Source: Malacoraja senta (Eukaryota). From it: a DNA stretch of 64,000 nucleotides. The stretch spans positions 5,086,001 to 5,150,000 of the forward strand of contig CM075996.1 in assembly GCA_038087875.1 (NCBI GenBank), read 5' to 3'. A program made the translations under genes and the position numbers. The notes under the pieces are model-generated. The model made no database searches and was not told where the DNA came from. It saw nothing but the letters and a program-made list of their open reading frames with translations. The number at the start of each line of letters is the position of its first letter. Position 1 is the stretch's first letter. This document shows positions 1 to 47,794 of this stretch, one piece after another.

Positions 1-2287
1 GAACGTGGGCCTTTTTTTCATCCATTTCCGTAACCCGACCCGCAGTGTAATCAACGTTGCGGGGGAACAGTTTGTGTGAATAAATTAAAATTCTGAAAAT
101 GAGAAGATTTTTAACCAAATAACTTATTTTTACGAGGATGTTTCCGTCTCCGCACTAGTATCCTATGGGATCTTTGGTGCGGAGACGGAAGCCGGTTACG
201 GAAATGGGGCCGAAAATTACCCATGAATCTGCCCATGACCGTACTACGACTTTTTCGTCGAGTGATCTATCTTGCTTGCCATAGGGTCTTTGGTGAAGAC
301 TAACTCCGTCGTCTGCTCCACCCCACCAGCTGACCACCCAGGTCGGCGTTGATTGTTCGACCAGGTCCACTCGAGTGTTTGAGCTCGACGATCGATAGTT
401 CGAGACCAAAGGGGCTCGGCCCGGCACACCTGAATCTGATGGTGATATTTAGGTCTCCCACATAATTCACTCACCGTCTAAGAAGAGCAGTCACTCGGCT
501 GAATTGTCAGACATTGCCGGGCAGGAGCCCAAACAAGTCCGTACCTAGAGGAGAGAAAGAAAGAAGTATATGATCTGCAACGTGCTGCCCAAAATAAGGC
601 AATAGAAGCAGATTCAAAGGCAACTTTCCAAGAGGGAATTGGATAGATGCTCGGAAACATTTATCAGGCGTTGAGCAAGAGTAGGGGAGCGAGACCAAGT
701 GTAAAGGCCTCCCAATGGGCTGGCAACAGCCCAATGGGCAGAAGGATCGCATTCAGTCCTGCCTACTGTTGCAGAAGAGACTGTGCCATTGTGCTAGATC
801 TGAAACGAGTCAAAGAGGAGAAAGCATGCGTGATTTCGATGACTTCAGGAAAACATTGCATGGCTTTGTGGCACAAGAGAAGGAGCGTGAAGGCCAATGG
901 AGTTGCTTCAATCCTTCTCTCTGCCCTCAAAGGACAGTGGCAGGAGCAATAAAGCTCCTCAGATTCATCAGTAACTATTTGACTTCCTTTGGCTAAACTT
1001 AGAATCTCTCACAGTACTCTCATTAAGCTGCCGCACATACATTTTATTTTTAGTAGTTCATCTCACTCCTCTTTCGTGACTGTTATTCTGCTTTAGTGAT
1101 CATTGCGTGGCTGAACCCAATCGATGAGAACAAGCTCTTTGTCCACTGGCAACATGACGGCCGTGATTGACAAGGTCTTCACACAATCGGCAGCTGGTTC
1201 TAATGGAAACCCAGCAGAAGTGTGAACGCTGACTGATGTCGACACTCCACTAATGACCGACTTTTAAAGATGTCCATTTGTATCCAGGCTGCTACAAAGC
1301 ATATTACCAGCTGATGATGGCCTTCTGAAAAGTAGTCACCCGTAACGTAATCGGAAAAACATGGTGGTCAAATTTGGACAACAAACAGTGGCCATCCCGC
1401 AAGCTCCCAGAAAGAGCAATGACACAATGGCCAAGGGCGGCACGGTGGCGCAGCGGTAGTGTTGCTGCCTCACAGCGCCAGAGACCCGAGCTTGATACTG
1501 ACTGCGGGTCTGCGGGCGGCGGCGCTGAACTTTAACAACGGGAGCCTGGGATCTCTCGCCGAGATCGCCAGTGGTGGAGCTCCATCCAGCGCGGCCTGTT
1601 GGCTTCGGAAGCCGCGGTCTCGAGTAAGGAGGCGGCCGTTCCAGGTGTCCCAAGCCGCTGAGAGGGTTCTCCCGACACCGGAGCACCATCACCCGGCGAG
1701 AACGGCCTGGAACCTCGGACCTCCGTGGAGGCGACTGTGGAGGCCTATATAGGCCCGACTATGGGTGGACATGGGATGGGGACTGGACTTTGTGCCTTCT
1801 CCCACAGTGGGAACCATTGTGGGGGGATGTTTTTATGTTTTATGTTAAATTTCTTTAATGTTGTGTCTAATTTGTGCTGCATGGCAAGACAAATTCACTA
1901 CACCATTTGGTGTATGTGACAATAAATGTCCTTTGTCCTACGGATGCTGTCTGCACGGAATTTGCACGTTCTCCCAGTGATCAGGTGGGTTTTCTCCGGG
2001 TTCTCTGGTTTCCTCCCACATTCCAAATGCGTGCAGATTTGTAGGGTGGATTGGCTTCTGTAAATTGTCACTAGTGTGCAGAATAAGAACTAGTGCAAGG
2101 GTGATCACTGATCAGCGTGGACTTGGTGGGCCAGTTTCCACGGCTGTGTCTCAAAAACTAATGTCAATGGCGGAGCGATATTGGTGGAGAGATAACACAC
2201 CAGGCAGCTCCACGAACGGGCGCATCTCTTGGTTCTTTTGCCATGGGTATTTTTTATGTCCTTCTAAGAGGGCAGATTGTAGACGTA

Positions 2288-2597
2288 AGGGCCTGTCCCA
2301 CTGTACGAGGTAATTCAAGAGTTCTCCCTAGTTTCCCCTGATTCGAACTCGGAGAATTACGGTAATAGCCGTTCGTAGGTACTCGGGGCTCTCGTGGAAA
2401 TTTTTCACAGTGCTGAAAAAACATCACGAGTTACCACGTTTCCGAGTACCTGCCGTTAGCATTACGAGCCGCTACGAGACATCCAGGAGCTCCGACGTAG
2501 CCGCCACGTACATTCTACGTACTTACCCACGAGCTTGATTATATATTTTTTAACTCGGGAGAGCTCTTGAATTACCTCGTACAGTGGGACAGGCCCT
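2288..2597. mobile_element. Non-autonomous DNA transposon (MITE), Harbinger-like
   Basis: About 40-bp terminal inverted repeats AGGGCCTGTCCCACTGTACGAGGTAATTCAAGAG...; flanks GTA/TTA resemble a TWA target. Confidence 0.75.
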
Positions 2598-5500
2598 TTA
2601 GCTTAACGTTTCATCCAAAAGATAGCATTTCCAACTATGTGGAACTCCTGCTTTGCAGTGGGAGACAGTGCAGGTTAAGGTTTCTCAAATCCCCGAGAGG
2701 GACTTGAAGCAATAATCTGTGAATGAAGGAGAGAATGCTAACCATGCTGGTGTCCCTGCCTGGAGAATTGCAGTGACCTTGCAAACATTATAGCGGCATG
2801 GACCCCGAGGCAATGGCATGGAATAGTGACATAGACTTGAGGCAATGGCATGGATAGTGACATAGACTTGAGACAAACCAGGGGCTCTCTGTCTTCTAAC
2901 CTTGCTGCACACTGCTTTAAGCAACCACGTCCTCAGATAGCTACTCATACAAGTCCTAATGCTCACTTCCATTCCCTTGCCATTGAGGGAACCAATTTAC
3001 AACCTCAAAGAACAGGAGGAAGAAACAAGTCACATTTTCAGGATAACAAAAAATAGGAAACGCAAATGATTGTTTTAAACTATGTGGGTTTATTATCTTG
3101 AATAAAATTCATTACAGTGATTCATCTCTTTACAGACCAGTACAATTGATAATATTACAGATTGAAAAACCATAGGTTTGGAAAGGAGAGCAATCCCCGT
3201 CTGGTAAAAATTAAAAATATTAAACATTGTACCTCCATTGAATTATATGAAACAATAAATTCTTCTCCAATGATTTCCCAACAAAGTTGCTTTGCAATCC
3301 TGAATGGATACCAGTCCTTTCAAACCCTTACATCCAACCCATCGGGGCAGAGAGTGCTTTAGTCTGAACAAAGGACTTCCAAGAGTACAGCCTCGCTCCA
3401 CTGGAGTCTAGGACTGGATTACAAGATCTAATTAAATGGACTGGACCATGGAATGGGATTGCTACTATGGTCGACAATAAGTGGCAGATTTCATCACGAA
3501 ACAAAATTACTCAAAATTTAATTGCGACTTAATTACCTGTGAATAAGATGGTAAAATACAATTCTGAAACTCGATCTAGCCTTATGGAGACAGATCATCT
3601 TATGGAGGGTGTGTAGGGAAACGAACAATGGTTATTGTACTACCGATCTAGCCGAGAAGTTTAACCTCAAGAAATCCACACTCACACCATCACGCACATT
3701 GGTAAAAGATGGAGTGATGACGGGGAAGGAAAAATGGGCAATAATTATAAGTCCATCCATTGTTGAATCCTTACGTGATTGCAAGTCCAATTTCTGCTGA
3801 TGCAATTAAATAGGAAGGTTTATTCCTGGTGTGGTGGAGGGGAATTGACTACGGAGTCCCCATCAGTTGTCGGATACAAATGCGCAGAAAGCCTCTATTA
3901 ATGTGCACCCACATTATAAAAGTACACTCGCGTGTGCAAGCTTTCACAGAAAAAGCTTCGTCTTTTATACAAAATTTAAAAAACTGGACTTTGCGACTTT
4001 AGTGACCATGATACATGCGAGACACAATTCCAGGCAACGAATCGAACGTGATTTCTGGGAAATCGAGCAGGAAAGACATGATTAAAAGCACACAGTCCAC
4101 CGCCACTGGCTTCCTTTCAGAAAGAAAGCCAGAGAGATCTGAAGAGTCATCAAAGCCTCCCATCTTCAGTGACCAATTTAAACACCATTACTATATCCAT
4201 ATATTAAACACCTCAAAATCTCTAACCTATTCTTTCTGGAGGCAAGGATTTTAATTCTAATCTATTTTATTGCATTTCACAAGCAATTGACTCTAATTTC
4301 GGTCCCTTAATTCAACAGTTTTAAATTAATCTTGTTGGTTCGGTGGCCAGACACCATTTTCATGCATCCCTGATTCCCCACATAAACCATCCAAGCTGCC
4401 CAATTTGATCGCCTGTGTTTGCTTGGGTTCCGTGTGAGTAAACTGCAAACATGCACAAAATCCCATCGCTATATTTCAAGATGGACCGAAAGCAAAAATA
4501 CTGCAGACGCTGCACAGGCAAAATAAAACAAAGTGCCAGGGTCTGTGTTGAGATAAAGTGATTTGTTTGCCCTCTCCCTTTCCAATAGATGCTGCCTGAC
4601 CCACTGAGTGTTTCAGCAACGTTCCCCCAAATTCTGCCACTCAACCACACACACACACTGGAGGCAATTTACAGAAGCCACTTAACCTGCCAAACCAACT
4701 TTTCTTTGGGGACGTGGGAGGAAGCCAGAACGAGCGGGGGAAGCCCATAGCCACAGGGAGAATTCGCAAACTCCACACAGGCAACACCCGAGGTCATGAT
4801 TCATCATCGCGTGTCGCTGGAGCTGCCAGGCAGCAGATCTACCAGTTGTGCCATGGTGTCGTCAAGAGCTGTGCGAGTCCACAACTCAATTGCAACCACA
4901 ATGAGGACCAATGCCTCGGAGCCTGCTAGCTGCTGCACACAGGGCAAAGAATGGTGGCGCAGCGGTAGAGTTGCTGCCTTACAGCGCCAGAGACCCGGGT
5001 CCGATCCTAATTAAATTGTTTAATCGATAACGTTTTATTATTAATGTTTAATGTTTTATGTGTCATTCCTAACTGACACTGTATGTCATGTTGTCACTTG
5101 CGGGCGGAGCACCAAAACAAATTCCTTGTATGTGAATACTTGGCCAATAAACTTATTCATTCATTCAACTACGGATGCTGCCCGTATGGAGTTTGTACGT
5201 TCTCCCTGTGACCGCCTACGTTTTCTCCAGGTCCTCTGGTTTCCTCCCACACTCCAAAGACGTGCAGGTGTGTAGTTTAATTGGCTTTGGTTAAAAATTG
5301 TGAATTGTCCCTGGTGTACAGGATAGTGCTAGTATACGGGGATCGCCGACTCGGTGGGCCGAAGGGCCCGTTTCCGTGCTGCAACTCTAAAGTCAACTAA
5401 ACCAAGGCGCACTCTGAGGAATAGACACCACAGGCGGGGAATGACCAGCAGAACAGAAAAGAGAAATAGTGTTAACAATTTGGATTGATCACCCATCGTC

Positions 5501-7554
5501 AAAGCTGGGAAAAGTACTGAGAAACCACTGCGAAAGGTGGGGAAGGAGTAGGGAGGCGTGAACTAAAGGAAAGACTTGTGATTAGATGGTTAATGAGAAA
5601 AGGGACAACGAGCTCAAGACAAAAGGGACGGGGGGCACCAAACAGGACAAGTAAACAACCAAAAGTCACCACAAAGTGCTGGTGTAACTCAACAGGTCAG
5701 GCAGCATCTCTGGAGAACATGGATAGATGATGAAGGATTGTCCTCATCCGAAACATCGACTATCCATGTAATTCAGAGATGCTGCTTGACCCGCAGAGTT
5801 ACTCCAGCACATTGTGTCTTTTTTTGTTGTAAACGAGCATCTTGTGTTAAAAAAACAACAAAATATTGGTCAAAAGGATGTGTAAATGGGTAGTTATCAT
5901 AAAGGACAAAATTCTGGAAATCTGAAGTGAAAATAATTGGCTGGAAATGTTCAGCCTCGGAGGTTACATAGAATGACGAACCCTACAATCAGCAGAGCCG
6001 AGATACATGGGTGGTGTCCTACCATGTAGGATGAGTATGAATGGACTGTTGATGTTTAAGAAAGAACTGCAGATGCTGGAAAAATCGAAAGTAGACAAAA
6101 ATGCTGGAGGAACTCATCGGGTGAGGCAGCGTCTGTGGAGAGAAGAAATAGACGACGTTTCAGGTCGAGACCCTATTTCTTCTCTCCATAGATGCTGCCT
6201 CACCCGCTGAGTTCCTCCAGCATTTCTGTCTACCAATGGACTATTGATGGTCGACACGAACATGGTGGGTTGACGGGACGGTCTCCCTGGTGTACAGCAG
6301 GGAAGTAGGCCCTTCGACCCACCGAGTTTTATGACTCTGATCAGATCTGCAGTTACTGGCTGGTGTTCCTTGATGTACATTATTTACCTGCAACTTTCGT
6401 TCACTCGAAGGAAAATGAGTGTGCCAGTCAGTAAAGGGAGAGGTTAGTGTTATCCCTATTTAGTTTATCCCTATTTAGTATTATCCCTATTTAATTTAGT
6501 CTAGAGATAAAGCATGAAAATGGTCCCTTCTAACCATCGATCACCTGTTCACGCAGGTTCCAGGTTAGCCCATTTGCTACCAGCTTTAAAGAGACTGCTT
6601 TCAGAAAATAAAACCAGAAAGCACAGGAAACACTCAGCAGTTCAGGCAGCAGCTCAGGAGAGGTGAACAGAGTGACATTTTAGGCCAGAACAAAGGGGCT
6701 CGGACTTGAAACCTGCAGCTGCATTCACATGGTAGACAAAAATGCTGGAGAAACTCAGCGGGTGAGGCAGCATCTATGGAGCGAAGAAAATGGGCAACGT
6801 TTCGGGTCGAGACCCTTCTTCAGGCTCATTCACATATCCACATTCACATCTCCAGCCCCACTGTACCATATGGATCTCAACTCAAATTCTACCCTTGAAA
6901 AGGTCCCCGATCTGTAATGTTAACCGTTTCATATCGCAGAGAGGCTAAGAATTACCAGCATTTCCAGTTTTTATTTTAATAAACAGCACTCGCAGTTTAT
7001 TTCTTAATTTGCTTTCTGAATAAAATCGGCTGTAGCCCAGACCATTTGCTCAGTCATACGAGCTGGACCATCTCCAACTCACTGGCAGACATTTGCTGAC
7101 AATAAATATATTTAAAATAAGTGGAAGCACCAGAGGAGAAATTATTTCACAGAGAATGATCCCCATCAGTAACACGATACTGGGAGATGGTACAATTCAT
7201 AGACAATTGAATGTGCAACAGGGAGTAGCCCGAGATGTAGGACTAACACTGGACAGGTCAATGCAAGAATCTGAGGTGTGAGATTCTCAGAGTGCCTGGA
7301 ATGAGTATTTCCCATTGTCAAATTATTAAGACCGTGGTATTTGTTCCCATAATTGTGTCTCAACCTTCAAATTATTCGGCCGATGTTAAGCCTCCCTTTG
7401 CAAAAATGCCACTTAGCCCAATTTATCAGGCTTTCAGAGATCATTTGGGAATCAGTAATTTCATAACAGGCTTGCGTGTCAGCTTTGCACAACCTTGGAA
7501 ATGCTTTAAAAGCCATTAAAAACACGGAGGTATCGCCAACATTTTAAACTCTCA

Positions 7555-7889
7555 AGGGCCTGTCCCACTTGCGTGATTTTTTCGGCGACTTGCCGGCACC
7601 CGTCACAGCCGCAGCAGGTGGCCGAAAATGTTCAGCATGTTGAAAACCCAGCGGCGACCAGAAAAAGGTACGACTCTTTGGGCAACTACTCACGACCGTA
7701 CAGGCGTCACGTGTTCGACATGTCGTGGGGTGACGACTGTACGGTCGTGTGTAGTCGCCCGAAGAGTCATACCTTTTTCTGGTCGCCGCTGGGTTTTCAA
7801 CATGTTGAAAACTTTCAGCAACCTGCTGCGACTATGACGGGTGCCGGCAAGTCGGCGGAAAAAAAAATCGCGTAAGTGGGACCGGCCCT
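7555..7889. mobile_element. Fold-back MITE, Harbinger-like
   Basis: Termini AGGGCCTGTCCCACTT / AAGTGGGACCGGCCCT; nearly the whole element is an inverted repeat; flanks TCA/TTA. Confidence 0.75.
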
Positions 7890-8400
7890 TTAGCCACTTT
7901 TTAGCTTCTGTTTGCAACCCACTTTATAAACCTGAGTTTCTCTAAAAAAAAAAGCAGAACTTTTCTCCCTCCCCAGACCAAAAACGTGTATTTCCACAGC
8001 TCCTGACACAACCTCAAGACCTCAGAGAGCTTTATAGCTGATTTTAAAAAAACACACCTTGTGCAGTACTGTTATGTAGGCAATGCAATAGACAATTGGT
8101 TCCCAGGACAATGTTAAATCGACCAAGTAGACCTCCAATGACCTTGATCAAGGGATCAACCACAGGTACAACTCTCTCATGCTTCACTGAAGCAGCACCA
8201 TAGAACCCTTCACATCCACCTGACAATAGACAGTCCTTCAGTATAACATCCTATCCAAGTGAGACAAAAAATGCTGGAGTAACTCAGCGGGACTGGCAGC
8301 TTCACTGATTCTGCCTGTCCTGCTGCTTTACTCCAGCATTTTGAGTCCACCTTCAGTGTATAACCAGCATCTGCAGTTTCTTCCTACACATTTGTTCCTA

Positions 8401-8724
8401 GGGGCGGCACAGTGACACAGCGGGGGAGTCGCTGCCTTCCAGCGAATGCAGCTGCGGAGACCCGGGTTCCATCCCGACTACGGGTGCTGTCTGTACGGAG
8501 TTTGTACGTTCTCCCCGTGACCTGCGTGGGTTTTCTCCGAGATCTTCGGATTCCTCCCACACTCCAAAGACGTACAGTTATGTAGGTTAATTGGCTGGGT
8601 ATCAATGTAAAAATTATCCCTCGTGGGTGTAGGATGGTGTTAATGTGCGGGGACGGCTGGTCGGCACGGAACCGATGGGCCGAAAGGGCCTGTTTCCGCG
8701 CTGTATCTCTAAACTGAAACTAAA
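8401..8724 (+). mobile_element. tRNA-derived SINE with CR1-type tail (representative full-length copy)
   Basis: Family head has Pol III A-box-like TGGCGCAGCGG and B-box-like GGTTCGATCCC (degenerate in this copy), core GGAGTTTGTACGTTCTCCCCGTGACC, and tail GGGCCGAAGGGCCTGTTTCC...(CTAAA)n. Many other copies, e.g. near 8897-9167(-), 19255-19530(+), 26930-27230(-), 32418-32718(+), 62375-62681(-). Confidence 0.85.
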
Positions 8725-10543
8725 CATGCCATCCACGTGGCCTGACATCTGACAGAACTGCAAGCCCTCAGCATTGCAATGGAGCACCAGCCTTAACTGT
8801 GTGCTTGGATCTTTGGATGAGGATGCAGCCTTGAGGTCGACATTCACATTGTGGTTCGCCAACAGGGGAATAAAGTTTCCATAATGGCTGATTCTTTTAG
8901 TTTAGTTTAGTTTAGAGATACAGCGCCAACCAGCGATACCCGCACACATTAACACTATCCTACACACACTCGGGACAATTTTACTTTCATACCAAGCCAA
9001 TTAACCTGCAAACCTGTACTTCTTTGGAGTGTGGGAGGAAACCGAAGATCTTGGAGAAAACCCACGCGTTCACGGGGAGAACGTGCAAACTCCGCACAGA
9101 CAGTGCCCGTAGTCAGGTCTCTGGCACTGCAAGGCAGCAACTCTACCGCTGCGCCACCGTGCTGCCCTTTATGTACATATTTCATATACAGCTTCTCCAT
9201 ATCCTTATTCAGATTTCATATTTACATTCGTCTCTGGTGCTCATTGACCTTCCTTGTCTCTATTAATATCCACTAAAGGGGGAAAAAAATAGAATTCCAC
9301 CCCTCTTCTTTATCGGGATGTTTATTCAAAGGGGGCAGATTCACAAGGGGTCAGATCCTGGGTCGATATCCAGTCTCAGCCACTTCAGTGGCAGTGAAGC
9401 TGAATTTAGTTAGCCTCAGCATGAGGGTGAGACGCAGATCAAGTGAGCCAAATATCCCAACCTGGGGATAGTCCACAGGAGGACATCAGACCAGCCGCTT
9501 GCCACAGGTGAACATCAGACCACGCTCACCTCGCCATCACCTACCTCTGAATCCTTACCCACAGCTCATTAGACCACTGCAAGGTCTGTTGACGCTCGCC
9601 TCCGAATATCTACCACAAGGAACTGCAGATGCTGCAATCTTGAGCAAAAAAATATATATATAAAGTCCTGGTGGAACTCAGGAAGGTCAGGTAGCATTTG
9701 TGGAGGCTAATGGATGAATCATTGTCTGAAGAAGGGCCCTGACCCAAAACGCAGTCTTGTCCATTTCCCTCCACAGACGGCGCCCGGCCCACTGAGTTTT
9801 TCAGCAATTTGATTTTTTTTTTGGCGTGAATAACAGCTCAAGCCTCTGGGATGCGCTGTGGTACTTCTGTGGCCTCGCGTGGGCATAAAGCAGAGAGCTT
9901 TAACGGCGCGGGAGGTGGCCATTTAGTGTACCGAGCTCTACAAGAGAGCTAGCTACAGGATGTATTCAAGAGAGAGTTAGATACAGCTCTTAGGGCTAAG
10001 GGATATGGGGGAGAAGGCAGGAACGGGGTGTACTGATTTTGGATGATCGGCCATGATCACATTGAATGGCGGTGCTGGCTCGAAGGGCCGAATGGCCTAC
10101 TCCTGCACCTATTTTCTATGCCTCCATGTTTCGATGTAGCAGGGACAAATATCGGGACCAGGGGTGCCGGTCTGAATAAAGGACTGCACAAGGAAATATA
10201 TATAGCCAGTTGAGACACCACCTCCACACTGCACTGGAGCAGCAGTGAGTTACACATTTACAACCAGTGGTTAAATGATTCATGTCTATTTGTTGTCCAC
10301 ACTTGCATGCAAAGATTGGCCACTTGGGTGTGACAGAGGGCAACCGGGCCTCTGCATCAAGACGTCTGTTTAAATATAATACAATGGGTGGTAATATCAA
10401 TTGAAAAGAAACTGGGTAACATACCGATGACTTACAGAAAAATAACACTCTCTGCAAGCCAGCTTTTGAAACACTCTCCGAGAACAGCTTCAGCCATGGT
10501 ATTTCTAGCTTTTCACTGCGCAATTCTTATGAATAAATCATAG

Positions 10544-10549
10544 TTTATT
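10544..10549 (-). terminator. Candidate polyadenylation signal of L3MBTL2
   Basis: AATAAA on the minus strand about 240 nt downstream of the stop codon. Confidence 0.4.
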
Positions 10550-10787
10550 CCGGCAGCACAGACTTAGTGTCAAAAGAGCCCCAGTATCTACGTATAGTTG
10601 GATCCAGTCCGAGCCAGATTAAACCAGCTTGCTTCACTGAACACAGCTTCAAAGTCTGGGAGCTTCTGTCTGTCTGCAGTATTCCTTCACCAAGACCAGT
10701 CCCCAAACGAGGAAACTTACAGGATCGGGAGGTGACCAATTCCCGGCAGTGTGACACGGCACTGGTTGGGTCGGAGCCCGACTACGC

Positions 10788-45485
<34,698 letters not shown>

Positions 45486-46938
45486 TCTTGTAGCGTTCTG
45501 CAGCTGTAACAACAATGGGGGCACAGGCAACATAGGAAATAGGTGCAGGAGTACGACATTCGGCCCCTCGAGCCATTCAATATGATCATGACTGATCATC
45601 CAAAATCACTACGCCTTTCAAGCTTCCTCCCCATAACCCTTGATTCTGTTAGCCACAAGAGCTGTATCTAACTATCTCATGAAAACATCCAGTGAATTGG
45701 CCTCCACTGTCTTCTGTGGCAGAGAATTCCACCGATTTACAACACTCTGGGTGAAAAAGTTTTTCCTCATCTCAGCACAGGACGTCAACTGATGAAAGGC
45801 TCTGCTTTTGGCCAGTCGTGACCCGAGATCAGCATAGAGTTTCTCGAGAGTCTCTGGTGGAGAGATGGGTGGGAGGGGAGTATTCGCTGGCCCTTCCTAT
45901 GGGGATGGCAGAGAACATGTTACAGGAAATGCCCGGGGGAGTGGGGCTGACAGGAATGCATAGGTTGAGGGGCTGAATGGTCCATTTCTATATCACAGTG
46001 TGATAGAGTGATACGGCGTGGAAACAGCCCTTCAGCCCAACTTGCCCACACCGGCCAACATGTCCCACCTGCCCACGTTTGGCCCATATCCCTCCAAACC
46101 TGTCCTATCCGTGTACCTGTCTAAATGGTCCTTAAATGTTGTGATAGTACCTGCCTCAACTACCTCTTCTGGGAGCTCGTTCCAAACACCCACCACCCTT
46201 TGCATGAAAAACGTACCCCTCAGATTCTTATTCAATCTTTCCCCTGCAGTGGAAGGTAATAGTATAAGGACTGCAATAGTCTCTGTTTTGTGGTGAGTGT
46301 TGACAATGGAGCATTGTCTTCCAAAAATGCGATTAGGCAAATTGTTAACCAGTGTGTGGGCAGCTTCAAATCATACGTCATTGCAGCAAGCCATTCCGCC
46401 CATTGTATGACCCATCAAACAGCGAGGGAGACACACAGCACTGCAGATGCTGGTTTACAATTTAAAAAACCCAAAGTGCTGGAGCAACTCGACCCAAAAT
46501 ATCACCCAAGATCGACACAAAAAGCTGGAGTAACTCTGCGGGTCAGGCAGCATCTCAGGAGAGAAGGAATAGGTGATGTTTCAGGTCGAGACCTTTCTTC
46601 AGACTCTGAAGGATCCTGACCCGAAACATGCCACCTGTCATTTTTCTCAACCCAAAACGTCACCTATTCCTTTTCTCCAGAGATGCCCTCTGACCCGCTG
46701 AGTTACTCCAGCACTTTGTGTCTATCTTCGCTTTAAACCAGCATCTGCAGTTCTCTCATACACCGAAACATCACCTATTCCTTTTCTCCAGAGATGCTGT
46801 CTGACCAGCTGAGTTACTCCAGCACTTTGTGTCTATCAGCATGGGTATGTCCTATAGTCAACAATCTGGACAAATAAGTTATTTCTTGTAAAATTACTTT
46901 TAGCTCATTGAACAGTGATTGCACAAAGTAAAAAAAAA

Positions 46939-47047
46939 AAACGCCTCAATATGTGATAACATTGTTACAGTAAAGATCACCTCCAGTTTTTTTTTAAACG
47001 CCTCAATATGTGATAACATTGTTACAGTAAAGATCACCTCCAGTTTT
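46939..47047 (+). repeat. Tandem duplication of a 57-bp unit
   Basis: AAACGCCTCAATATGTGATAACATTGTTACAGTAAAGATCACCTCCAGTTTT occurs twice, head to tail. Confidence 0.9.
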
Positions 47048-47405
47048 CTGGACACAACTGCTTCAGAAGTAATACATAAAACAGCCTCTGTTATTCGAGC
47101 TTTTTGTGTCTATCTTAGTAACAATAATACCCCCTTTAACACCAACCAACTCTCACTTCATGCACCTCTTTGCAACAATGTCATTCCTTTTTCCTTCCCG
47201 AAGTACAATCTGGATACAAACTAACTTAAAAGCAAAGCATTGATTGAAAATATATTATAAACACAATCCAAGAGTTAAAGGAACAAAACATGGTGCTTCT
47301 TTGTGAGAGGCGAGGCAGTCAATCCTCACTCGATTTGCAGCTCATATCAGAAGCAAAATGTTATTTTTTTTCAATTTATTTTAGCCTTTTATTAAAAAAA
47401 CTCAC

Positions 47406-47618
47406 AATACCTCTCAGCTGCTGCTCTGTTCCAGTCTAACTTGACTATGGAACCAAGATCACATTGCACACATCGCGGCCATCTTGGGAAGGTCAGCACC
47501 TGGTTATAAAGCATCTCCTTACTGGACGGGGCACCATCCTCCTCAACCAATGGACACTGCTCCTATTGACTAGGTCACACGCCCCCTGGTTGGCGAAGGA
47601 CTCTGGGAGATGTAGTCC
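47406..47618 (-). promoter_or_regulatory. Probable L3MBTL2 promoter and non-coding first exon
   Basis: ZNF143/THAP11-type motif GGACTACATCTCCCAG (47603-47618), CCAAT (47547-47551), YY1-type AAGATGGCCGC (47485-47475), then candidate donors GAG|GTATTG (47411) or ATT|GTGAGT (47406), about 2 kb upstream of the first coding exon. Confidence 0.6.
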
Positions 47619-47654
47619 CATCGTGAGCATAATGCTGAAGATAGAGACTAAGGT

Positions 47655-47794
47655 GGGGGGGGGGGAGATTGCAACCTTCACCTGGTCCGTCCTGTTTCGA
47701 CGAATGCAATCAACCCGGCGTGCACAATCAAATAAGATCAAATAGAACAAGTTGTCCTACAACTTTAGGCTGTGCACGCCATACGCAAGAAGAA
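47655..47794 (+). mobile_element. Short HDV-ribozyme-headed retroposon copy
   Basis: Homologous to 44645-44784; duplicated flank AGACTAAGG (47645-47653, 47797-47805); 5' end is a G-run. Confidence 0.8.

Noticed and set aside
300..1420. Short ORFs (647-952, 715-996, 507-752) and an acceptor-like site near 800 on the minus strand
   Set aside because: No recognisable domain; all three frames after the acceptor stop quickly.
3609..3800. Peptide TDLAEKFNLKKSTL resembling a pogo/Tigger helix-turn-helix
   Set aside because: Only about 14 residues, with no further transposase sequence or TIRs seen.
7573..7917. Opposite-strand ORFs encoding nearly the same peptide
   Set aside because: Consequence of the palindromic MITE, not genes.
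8401..8480. tRNA-like A/B box sequences as tRNA genes
   Set aside because: They are SINE heads continuing into SINE body and tail, with no complete cloverleaf.
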